The translations under genes and the position numbers were made by a program. The notes beneath the pieces were generated by a model. It was not told the DNA's origin, ran no database searches, and saw only the letters and a program-made list of their open reading frames with translations. Shown here in pieces: positions 26,300-37,873 of a DNA stretch of 64,000 bases (its first letter is position 1; every line of letters begins with the position of its first letter). The DNA is taken from contig NC_092348.1 of NCBI RefSeq assembly GCF_963676685.1, positions 37,014,001 through 37,078,000 of the forward strand, given 5' to 3'. The DNA is from Mytilus edulis (Eukaryota).

Positions 26300-26960
26300 C
26301 TGATTTCCAAAATGTGAGATAAAAGTGACGATTTGTGTTACTTATCGATTTTTAAATGATGACGTTTCCTTGTCAGCTTCTTATAATGTTTATATATCTT
26401 AACTTGTTCGATTTGCACATGACTGTGTGTATAACAACGTATTTGATTTTAGATAAAGAAATCTCTGTATAACTGAAACATTATTTCAACAGGGTTTTTC
26501 GATATCACAAACTAGTCAAAATATAACTAAATGTAATCATCGGTACAAGGACACCATTTGTAAAATAAATCAGCAAGCAGACATCTTTTACGTCTAGGTA
26601 TTTCGCATCCGAGTTTATTTGGCAATATTCTTTACAAAGCACAAACCTGTCGGCATTCACCTTAAACAAAACAAAACAAACCATAAAACAGACTTATTTA
26701 GAAGGGATATAGTTGCTATACTGTTGTCAGGTCAATAAAGTTAGCATATTGTGGTATTACTATTGATTCACCCATAAGATCTTTTCAACGGAAATAAACT
26801 CATCTATTCTAAAACCAGTTATTGGCATGATACGGGAGGGATTGTGCTTGATTTTTCTATTATGACGACAAAATCTTTCAGTCAGTTTAGTTGAAGTGTA
26901 GAGCCGGCATGTCAGTAACTGCTTGTAATCACTTGTTTATTCATCTATCCTTAGTTTCCT
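26300..26960 (+). mobile_element. Decayed Penelope-like RT fragment (family B)
   Basis: Degenerate translation DVSLSASYNVYIS*LVRFA resembles the family A motif. Its 3' part matches 17630-17790 on the minus strand. Confidence 0.6.
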
Positions 26961-28943
26961 TTGTACCCATAAATTGTAGCTTTTAAATTTGTACTGTAAT
27001 TTTGATTCAAACAAATCCAATTTAAACTCGAAAATGAAATCTTGTGTGACAATGCTGTTTTTCCTGTGATACAACCATTGACAAATTTCATCAAGTTGTG
27101 CATTTCCATGTTCCTTTTTAAAATTTTTTATCACAAAACAAGTGTTGTAAATCACACAAATGGAGTTGAATCTAGCTTGTACTAAGTTTTATCTGTAGAC
27201 ATTTCTTTGCATGTGGTATTATCTTTGTCCTTAAGTTTCGTTGTTGATAGCTGTGTCATTGATTATCATCCCAAATCCTCGGATTTTTATATTGTGATGG
27301 ACTTTTTTTCAACTGCAAATCCTAGTTGTAATATTGATGAAGAATACTAATGATAACAGAAAACAATGAAATATGTTTTATTTACAATGTAAGATGGTAC
27401 AAAAATAATAGTTACAATATTGTTACACATATATCTAAAGCTTTTGACCTTTTGGTTCTAATATGAAGAAATGATTAACAAAGACACATGTAAAACAGCC
27501 ACTTATATTTTAGAAATGAGTCAAATGCTTTGTTACATATATAAGCTTTATCTGTCTTTCCATACATCAACCAATACATCAAATATTTGTTTACTTGTAG
27601 TTTACTTAATAAAGTAGCAAATACAGATAATGGATATGTTTTCAAAGGAGATTCATTTTCGAAAATTCATCTCATCAACAAAACGAAACTTGTCAGTAAA
27701 TATTCACAGCTTACATCAATATATATATAACCTTTGGTCTTAACCTTTCGCTCCAGGATTGACGGGTACATAGTACTCATTCACTTAAAGAGGAAACAAT
27801 TATCAAATGTAGGACTTTGAACTTATTTATTGATATGTATTTTGCATGCAGATTTTTCTTCTCTTTTTTATTTCAAACACTTATTTTTGCATCAATGCAT
27901 ATCAACTAATACCATGATGCTAACATTGTTGTTATCATTTATACAAAGGATATTAATAAATCATGTAAATAGCAGTGACTCATAACAATGATACCATTTT
28001 TTCGGTCATTATACTAATAATTATGAATTTTATTTTTCAACAAAATTTAGGATTGCTTAATTGCATTAAAATAAACATATGTCATAGAAATAGGAATAAA
28101 AAGTTTAGATTACCTCTAAATTATCTGCTATTAATCTAAATTGATTTTAAGGGTTTATATAAAGTACTTATGAAGATGTACATACAAATGTTTTATAAAA
28201 ATGTAAAACATCATACCTGTCTACAAGTATATGACACTTTGAAATGTTTTTTTCGAAATATAATAAAGAAATTGACCATATAAAACAAATTACAAAATGT
28301 TGTTTTTTAAACCATAGAATTGAATTTCACAGCGTAATATGAACATGTGCAATAGTACAGTCTATGAACACAAATTGTTAACTATCAAAGTATCAATTAA
28401 ATGTAACAGTTCATAAACTTAAAGTAGATATTTTGTTTAAACAAAAATGTATTGGAATGTTAATTAATACTCAAACTTTGTGCTTTGCATCCTAAACAAT
28501 ATTAAGGTTTGAAATGTGATTCAGTGGTATTGAAAACAACACCTGAATATTAACAAATGAATTATACTTTCATCTATTGTAAAGATAACAGTTCTCGCGA
28601 GTTGTTTATTTTTTTGAAAAATTGTTCAATCAATTTAAAATTGTTCTTTAAGAAAAATCAAAACTGGGAACTCGAAAATAGAAAATAAAACCTTGCAGAC
28701 AATGAAGGTATGTTTTTCATCTTCAACAGGTTTAAGCCAATGTAATGCAACAACTGTCCCATATACATACGAGCGATCATCATTTAAAAACTGAGGGTGA
28801 AAAAACTTAATATTGATTTTTTTTCTATTTTTTTTTTTAATATATTCTTTTAAGAAAACCCAAAAAAGAATACTCACGACATCAACATGATAAATGATAT
28901 AGATTGGATACAAAATATGACCAAAAGCTATGTAGAATTTAGT

Positions 28944-29834
28944 TTAACCACCGTTGTGTCTTGGTGGCCGTGCAGGAATACACATCTCTGTCTTCACTGG
29001 CGCAGGACAGTAACTATGTTCAGCGGGCCTGGTAACTGTTAGATTCGTACATCTGCCTGGAAGTGCCGAAGTCGTCATCATTTCGGTATTACATAGCTGC
29101 ATTTCCTTTGAGGCAACAAAGTAGTCGGTTTCCTGGTTAACTCCTGCAGAAGATTTACACTTCTGGAGTTTAAGCTGTCTTAGCCGTCGTCCTGGTCGAT
29201 GAATATTATCCGTCATTTCATCCATGTATCCCATTTCCCTGAAAAATGGTTTGACATCTTCAAATGCCTTTTGGACGAGTGTATTATGTTCATCTAGGAG
29301 CTGTTGTATCTCTTGGATAGGTAAATTAAAATCACCTCCAATCAGGATCTCCACTCCAGAAGTCCAGCCAAGATACTGAGCCAACCATAGGTAACGAAAT
29401 GCAAACTTATAACGTTCTTCTGATGTTGTTTGAGTAAGCTCCCAGTGCCAACTAACACAATGGAACTGTTTGACGATATGTTGTGTCGGTTTAGGAGCCA
29501 GGACATCGAACAAGGGGTACAATAGTTGTCCTTTTGTGATGCCAGGTACCATCAAAGATGGAATCAGATCGTACCCTTTTGGGTTTTTCAATTTCAGCCT
29601 CTTCGTATCGTACAAAAGTACAGTCTCGTGCTTGTAAGCGACTTGCTCTTGACGATAATCAGTAAGGACTGGTGAAGACATGTCTGGCTCGTCTCCCGGC
29701 AAAAACAATATATCTGGCTCATCGTGTCCGATAATTTCGTTCAGGTAAGAATGCCGATAGTTTTGATACTGTTTTCCATTCCTACCAGAAGCATTCATGC
29801 TGATTATCCTTAATCTATCTGTATCTCTTCCCAT
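28944..29834 (-). CDS. EEP/DNase I-like fold protein with C-terminal GG tail, paralogue 4 (296 aa)
   Basis: Same length and motifs. A candidate acceptor (ccctttcag) lies a few nt upstream of the ATG. Confidence 0.87.
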   Translation of the reverse strand: MGRDTDRLRIISMNASGRNGKQYQNYRHSYLNEIIGHDEPDILFLPGDEPDMSSPVLTDYRQEQVAYKHETVLLYDTKRLKLKNPKGYDLIPSLMVPGITKGQLLYPLFDVLAPKPTQHIVKQFHCVSWHWELTQTTSEERYKFAFRYLWLAQYLGWTSGVEILIGGDFNLPIQEIQQLLDEHNTLVQKAFEDVKPFFREMGYMDEMTDNIHRPGRRLRQLKLQKCKSSAGVNQETDYFVASKEMQLCNTEMMTTSALPGRCTNLTVTRPAEHSYCPAPVKTEMCIPARPPRHNGG

Positions 29835-30203
29835 TTTTTCTGAAAGGGTTAAAATGATGTCTGTTATAAAGCTTTCTATTTTTATTCTTTACATAGCTAC
29901 CTTTTTTAATATTAATAGTGAATTGCAGTGTAAATAAACATGTTTTCTTTATTCCCTAAAACTGTTTTTCTGAAAAAGTAGTAAAATACATTAACAGATC
30001 AATGGTATGCAGTCCAATAATTCAGTGACTGAATATGAATATAAATTAGTAACATAAGAAATGCAATTCATGTAAAGGCAAAGTAGATATTATAATGTAT
30101 TTGAAATTTATTGATCTGTATTTATTCTTATTTAATCTTATCCTATCTAGTTTCACACATATTCAAAAGCTAAAGCTAAATTCTAATGACATAATTCGCT
30201 TAC

Positions 30204-30271
30204 CTTTTTACTTTTCTTCAAAGGTATCTTTGTTGAAATTTTGCCCGTTAAATTGATAACACAGTATTTAC
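30204..30271 (-). other. Putative non-coding 5'UTR exon of paralogue 4
   Basis: Minus-strand acceptor ttatttcag|G at 30271 and donor AAG|gtaagc at 30204/30203. Confidence 0.4.
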
Positions 30272-30394
30272 CTGAAATAACATTAAAATAAATGAAGTTA
30301 GTTCTCATGTTCTATAGTAAATTTAAAACAGTTGGTCTTATACTATTATATATATTTTTTTCCTTTATAGATTGATCTTAATTATTTTGAAATA

Positions 30395-31665
30395 TCAATT
30401 ACTTTTCCCAGAGTTTGACTCCGTATAATTGTTAATTCCTTTTTTGAGTATTTCATTGATTTGATTATGATAAATAGTTTTTAAACGATTTAATGTCAAA
30501 TATCTGCTTACTTTTCGAATGCACCTGTGAATATACAAGGTGCAATAAATAAGGATTATTTATGTTTCACTGAAAAACAAAAGGGGTAAAGAAGAAATCC
30601 TTGGTAATTGGTAATTGATAAATTGAGTATTTTACATTAATACTCTGATAAAAAAAAATAAACAAAAAAAACGGCTTATATTATTTGTATATTTGCGCAC
30701 TAATATTAATCCAACGTCTAACGTTTTTCTGAAAATAAGAAATATATGTTACATACGTATTGATCTAAATATATATTGCATAATAGGTGTGGAAATTTCC
30801 ACCAAACAAAGTTTGTTATTACATGTGATAGTATTGTTATGCATTCTTACTAAATGGCATTTAACTTCGGAAATTAATTGAAAAATGAAAATGTATAATA
30901 ATGACTTCTGAGTTACGACAATTGACATACCCAATGGACATAATACAACTAAGAGGTATTCGTAATACATTTACGTTTATGTTGGGTTTTTTTCATATTT
31001 TTTAGTTACTTAATAGGGATTTCCGTTTTATCAAAATATACAGTTTGAAAATGTCTATCATTTTATATCGAATTCAACATAGCAAATGTTGTATTTAGTT
31101 TTAAATTTCGAACTATTAGCATATAACCGGCATGATACAATGGTTCCATGTAATTCTGATATAATATAACAAATATAATATTCATAATATATGGGTGGTT
31201 TTTTTTTTTGGTAATATCTAGCTCAATTACCTGTTACGATATATATTTTTAGATTAATCCGTATGTAACATACGTCTCTTATTTTCAGAAAACGTAAGAA
31301 ATTGGATGATCATTTAATAATAGTGCGCAGAAATGATTTTTGATACATATGCCATTTTGGTTTGAAATATATCATCGACAATATATAAATGATATGAGCC
31401 GCATTTTAGATTAAAAAAAAAACTAAAAAAACTCAATATTATCAATTACCAATTAACAAGGATTAATACTTTATCACTGTTGTTTTACAGTGAAAATATA
31501 AATATTCCTTCTGTATTGTTCCTTGCATATTTACAAGTTCGTGCGAAAAAAATAAAGTAATTATTTGAACTTAAATTTAAATTAACTATATATCGTAAAA
31601 TGGTTAATAAAATATTTTTTTTAAAGTTAATACTTCTACGGGAGTCAAACTTTGTGAAAGGTAGT
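30395..31665. repeat. Old, degenerate long inverted repeat (arms ~30395-30800 and ~31225-31665)
   Basis: gagtttgactccgta/tacgggagtcaaact; ggtaattggtaattgata/tatcaattaccaatta; ttctgaaaataaga..atgttacatacg/cgtatgtaacat..tcttattttcagaa; tgcgcacta/tagtgcgca. Confidence 0.75.
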
Positions 31666-32079
31666 CAATATAGAAGACATAATGTACGACACGAGGGGAA
31701 AGTGCACTTTGTTTACAACAAGTATAAGAATAAAAAGATGTGCTATGATTGCCAAGGAGAAAACTCTTCACAAGAGACTAAATGACAAAATAAATGAATG
31801 AATTATTGGTCACCGTATGACCTTCGACAAATTAGCATATGAAACTATTTCTCTTACTTTTTCTGGATTAACTGACATTGTGTACGGTTGGCATCAATAT
31901 TTTTTAAAGCAAACTTAACCGAGTTAAAAAAAATCTGCCTCATTAACTAACTGTTTGAGCAGACTTACTTTTTTTAAATATACAAAAAGTTGGTCATACT
32001 TTATTTTTAACAAACGAACATATGACATATGTGTTAAATAGATTATAATAGATACAAAAATAGTTTGAACACTTCTTAC

Positions 32080-32190
32080 CTTAAACAACGTTTATTATGT
32101 ATGATCCTTGAATGGTGAACTGAATTTGCGCAATAATATGCACAATGGCTGGTTTTAAGGCAGATTTTCGGAAACTTTCAGCTATATAAA
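32080..32190 (-). promoter_or_regulatory. Putative first exon and TATA-like element of paralogue 4
   Basis: Strong minus-strand donor TAAG|gtaaga at about 32080. TATA-like tttatatagc at 32181-32190. Confidence 0.3.
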
Positions 32191-34529
32191 TAGATTTAAT
32201 CATCAAGGCTAAAAATAGATGTCGGATTTACCTTGATCATAAAATAGCTTTACATGGATGAATTTAAGTCAATGAAAACAACAGATTGAACTTAAAAACA
32301 TATGTTTTACTTCATTTAGCTTCTAGAATATTTTAGACTGATCTGTTAACTACCTAGAAGAGAAGTTGAGCAATTTAAATCAAGAACTAAACATATGACC
32401 GTTCATCCATATAGGGTAAAGATAAAAATGATGAGAATATTTGTTTACATGCGGTACGAAATTTCAATAATGGAAGAGTAACCGTTCAAAACGTTGAAAA
32501 ACAGACAAAACAACATTTAGAAACCAGTATTACGAATGAAACCAGTATTCAATGCAAACCGATATACACCGGACTTTATCAAGTTGGCAGTATATTATAT
32601 TAATGGACAGAGTCCGAGTGATCTCATGTACATGCACAATGCATAAGATGTTTAATGGTACGTCTTCGTATATAATAGTTATGACCTACTTCTGATTTAA
32701 TTATCAATATTGAGGAAGTGACCAAGGCAGTCCAGTTGAATTGATGAAATAATAGAAAATTCTGAAGTAGCGATGCAACATAACGGTGTGTACTTGAGCA
32801 AAATAAAAGGTGACTGGATGTTTTCAATAGAATTTAACCTCATTTCACAAGAAAAAATATCTAAACATTACTTCAGATTTATAAAGTACATTGACACTGC
32901 AACTATCAATAATGATGTAGACCGTAGAACTTGTTAAGTGGTCATTTCTGAAAATTTTCAAACTATTTGTAATAGAGGGGCAAATGATACAAGAGGGGCA
33001 TTCAAACTGATGGATCGTAATCAAACTGACAACGCCATTAGCTTAAAAGAGAAAGACAAACAGACATCAAATAATAGTACACGAGACAAAAGACACAACA
33101 CAGAAAATAAATGAAGTGTTATCTATGTACATGTATGTCCTCAGTCAGGAGCGTGACTTTTTCAGGGTTGTGTTGCATATTTATATTTCGTTTATTATTT
33201 AAAAACTTCATCAGTTCGTTGGTTTTCTCTTTTGAATTGATTCACATTTGGTCAGACCGGAGCATTCATAATAGCTTAAAATTTACTATAAAGTATTGTT
33301 TTTACTCGATGTTCAAACCGATTCACTTTTCATCCTCTGTCTTGGGTCATTGCATTGGTTGTTCAGTTATCTAATTTGCTACGTAAATCTTGAAAAATGT
33401 ATTCAATGCATGCCTTTCTGATATCAGTATGGACCTCAACAATAAGTAGTTTTTTGTGTTTGACAAAGGTGGTTTTAAGGTTCAACTTTCCATTCAATAT
33501 TTCGATAATTGGAAGACCTTCAATACAACAAACGACAACAGCTGTGAAAAATGTATATAATTTATATAATAAACATTAGATTTGAGTTAACACATCTTAA
33601 TAAATAATTTATACCATTCAAAGATATAATAATCTGATTGGACAAAAATGACAATGTCATTACGCTATTGAGTAGCTGATGTTTTCCCTCGAATCTAATT
33701 TGTTACCCGGATTTGTTTCGCTTAATCGAGTTATTGAACAGCGGTATACTGCTGTTGCCTTCATTTATATCAATCCCATTCATATTTGTTACAAATCTTA
33801 AACAACATACATAATTATTATTATGCAGACGGATAATGGTTTTCGTAAAATCATTTACGAAAGTAAAAGTCCTATATTGCGTTGTTAATATTTTTTATAG
33901 AACATGAAAATAAACAGTTGTTTATTATATCAACATATGATGTAGAACTATATACAAAACTCAAACAGTAGAGACGACACATTCAGTGAATAGTTAAATT
34001 ATTTCTATTGACATCTTTTATCTAATTTGAACGTTTGGTGCGTCTGGAGCGCTTTTTAATTAACAATCATTTTCAAATTCAAACAATGTTAAGACAATCA
34101 CATATATTCACGTGAATACGTGAGTGACGAAACGAACTGAAAAACAAAGAGAAAATTAAACATTTAACAATGCGTTTGGAAGAAGACGTGGGAAAACTTT
34201 TTAAATATTTACGATGCTTGAAAATCTTCTTAAGATATTCTAAGTAACACTGTTTCTAAAGTAAAAAAAATGAAACGTATTTCACAGTCCTTATTTGACA
34301 ACTCTTTTATCTTCAATCAAACATTTCAGAGCAAAAGTTTGAGTATTTATGAAAGTCTGCATTTGGTGTGCAGTTATTTTATTATGGATTTACATACTTA
34401 GACATATTTTGAATAATAAAGCAAGTGGGATTGATGAAAAGATGATCAATTTGTTAGATTGATATGCAGTTTTTAGTAAAAGTACATATTAAACCTCCTG
34501 ACCCATGACAACACATAAAAGATATAAGC

Positions 34530-35420
34530 TTATTCCAATGAGAACCAATTGTGCCCCTCTTCTTGCCGACTTAGTTTTTTTTTATCAATATGAGGCTGAC
34601 TTCTTACAGGAATTTCGTGGGAAGAAAGATAAGAAGTTAGCAATATCCTTTAACTTTGCTTTCCGGTATATACATGAAGATGATGTTCACTCACTAAAAC
34701 TTTGGTGACTTTCTTGAATGAATCTATCCCATCGAACTAGAGATAAAGGATACAACAGCTCCAGTCAATTCTGTCTCATATCTTGACTTACATCTAGGAA
34801 TTGTCAAAGTGGGTCGGTTGAAAACAAAATTTTACGACAAAAGAGATGATTTCAGCTTTCAAATTGTGAATTTACCATTTCTATGTAGCAACATTCCAGC
34901 AGCGCCTCATACGGAGGATATATCTCCCAATTTATACGATGTTCCCGTGCTTGTATTTCCTATCATGATTTTCTTGATAGAGGGTTGCTGCTCACAAGAA
35001 AGCTATTAAACCAAAATTTCCTAATGGTGAAGTTGAAATCATCCCTTCTTAAATTCTACGGTTGCCATCACGAGTTGGTTGACTATTATGGAAAAACCGT
35101 TTCACAGATGATATCGGATATGTTCCTTACGACGTAAATACAATTCCCTTGCCTTTTCACGAGTTTTAGACTATTAACCGGATTAGTAATAACATGAGCA
35201 ACACGACGATAGCCACATGTGGAGCAAGATCTCCTGACCCTACCGGAGCACCTGCGATCACCCCCAGTTTTGGTGGGATTCTTGTTGATTCGTCGTTAGT
35301 CTTCATGTTGTGTCTTGTGTACTATTAATTGTCTGTTTGTCTTTTTTAGCCATGGCGTTGTCAGTTTATTTTCGCTCTATGAGTTTAACCGTCACTTTGA
35401 TATCTTTCGCCCCTTTTATT
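34530..35420 (+). mobile_element. 5'-truncated Penelope-like RT retroelement fragment (family A), frameshifted
   Basis: Translations include IPMRTNCAPLLADL, FRYI..DD, and KFYDKRDDFSFQIVNLPFLCSNIPAAP. The 3'UTR ends gatatctttcgcccctttt. Confidence 0.8.
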
Positions 35421-36532
35421 GTACCCCTGTTTGTATGATGTTTTCGAGGACAACCTTACACACATGCACGAAATTTGGTTAAAATGATTAAAAAGGATTG
35501 CATGATAAACAATATGATGCATTAAAGTAATATAGTATAAGTATATGTTCAGTAATCTTTTTGAAAAATGACAGTGACAATATCACCAAGCACAACAATA
35601 TCAGTTCAAGTACTCGGCTTTTCATAATTTGTATCAGTGTTGTGATATGTGTTTGCCTTTTTCTGATATCTAATCTTTTATATAGTTACATGGGGTGTAA
35701 ATCAATATCTTAAGCTTTTCTTATTCATGTTTATTGATTTGGTTTGAGTTTCATATTTGAATGTGTGCATTAGGGGAAATAACCGTGTTGCACAAATCGA
35801 CAAAGAAACAACTCTTCGGGTTAAGAATAATTCATTGAATTCACGTTTGCAATTCTAAGCTCTGTTGAATTAACTTGCATTGAATATGCGTTAATGGAAT
35901 ATAAAGAAGGGTTGATTTGTTTTTAATGTCCACTGCTAAATAGTATGTTTAAATAAAGACGAGAACATGTCAATGTAATTTGAATATTATAAAATTGAGA
36001 ATGGAAATGGGGAATGTGTCAAAGCAGAAAACAACCCGACCAAAGAGAAGAAAACAGCCGAAGGCCATCCAGAGATTTTTATTACAGCGAGCACATTTCC
36101 CACCCGGTGACTGTGTTCTGTTTTACTGTACTAGTTCACAAAGTAACAATTCACAGGAAGTTATTTGACATACATGTTCCGACTCCGAGCAAATAATTCA
36201 ATTGACAGTTTTACGTCATCATGCGATCTTCAATAAATAATAGATTGGTGTCATTGCTTTTAATTGTTGTAACCGCAATATTATACGGTCCTCTTTTACT
36301 TGAATGTGACCTCCCGAATTGCACATATCACCGGGTGTGTACTTACATCCGCAACATACAACAGATGCCACATGTAGAACAAACTAGATCTGCTTACCAT
36401 TTCGAAGCACCTGACATTACACTGATATTTGGTGGGGTTCGTGATGTTAAGTCTGATGTTATCTTCATATGTTGTTTCTTTATTGCCCTTTTCCGTTTTG
36501 TTTTTGTTTTTTGTTTTTTTGTTTGCTGAACC

Positions 36533-36985
36533 ATATAGAATGAAATTCAAAACAGTGTGGCTGTGGCCATTGATTGACACATTAAATTCATCCATTGACT
36601 GGGACAATTTACGTGAACGTTTGTCTGTAACGACCACTGTTCACGACGTACATACGATAGACATTTAAACTGTGGGGTCACCAAAGGTTTCTTAACGCCT
36701 TTAATTATAAAATAATTCCAAAAATTAATCAGGAATAACCTTTATGTTTTGATTTATATAATTGATATAAATCAAAACATCGTGTTATTTCTGATTAATT
36801 TTTCGAATTACTTTATTAAGGTGTTGAGAACCTTTGGTGACCCCATAGTTTAAGTGTCTTTAAAAAGTTCATATTGAGCAGTGGTCGTTACATACAAACG
36901 TTCACCTAAATTGTCCCAGTCAATGGATGAATTTAATGTGTCAATCAATGGCCACAGCCACACTGTTTTGAATTTCATTCTATAT
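36533..36985. mobile_element. Fully palindromic MITE (~450 bp)
   Basis: atatagaatgaaattcaaaacagtgtggctgtggccattgattgacac... is mirrored at the right end. Pairing continues to a central loop near 36762. TA at both flanks. Confidence 0.85.
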
Positions 36986-37873
36986 CGTATTAGGTCACTA
37001 GCACACTATGAAACGAATTTATCTTGACTATTTATCTTATTTACCGACTATCTTGACATGTGATATTTAGAATAGTGAATAGCCTATAAAAGTGATTGAG
37101 TCTTCAATACTGTTAGTATTATGAACCATATTAAAAACCAAATGTCAACAATAACAACTTGTTAGCTTTAAATGTGTTGTAATGAATTATTTCCAATCCT
37201 TCATTGTCCATTTAATTGTGTTGAAACTAAGATTTCGTTCTCACCGCCCTGTTGTTTGTATAAAGGGACACAACTCCACTACTAACCCAATATTGACTTT
37301 ACTAACCTAATATGGAATATAAACGGTCTCTACGATGTTGCTCTTAACCAATCATGTTCTTAGAAATGTATACAATATGGTATAGGAGGTAAGATAAGTA
37401 TTTTTCTCCTCATAAACTATGTAACGCTCAATATCGACCCGAATCGACAAACGTTGTAACTGGTCTACAGTATTGTGGAATACACCAAATTTCTACTATA
37501 TAGAAGATAACAATTTAAAATGAAACAAACACTAATGATGAGGTTCCTGGAATGAATTAAGCAAATGAAAAGGCAGGTAATGTTGAACTGTTCATCTACT
37601 TGTACATTGCCGACTACTATTCTCTATGAATCGATAACAAAAGAGGTGACAAGGCGATGATATAATAGTGTTTAACAATGTTCTGATGTCAGAGGTTTTT
37701 GAAATACATCATATAATGATTTTGAGTCGCTGTTTCTATACATCGGGTCAAACGTTTGAAAAGTCTTGCACACTCTCAGAGCATAAATCTAAAATCAAAA
37801 TAACTCGTCTCAAATCATCATAAGAACTTTAATCCTTATTTGTATTACAAAAAAAAGCAAAAAATTATATAAC

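Noticed and set aside
28944-29834. EEP-like ORFs as LINE ORF2 endonuclease remnants
   Set aside because: No RT follows, there are no poly-A tails or TSDs, and the start, length and stop are conserved across four intact copies. A distant origin from a retroelement is not excluded.
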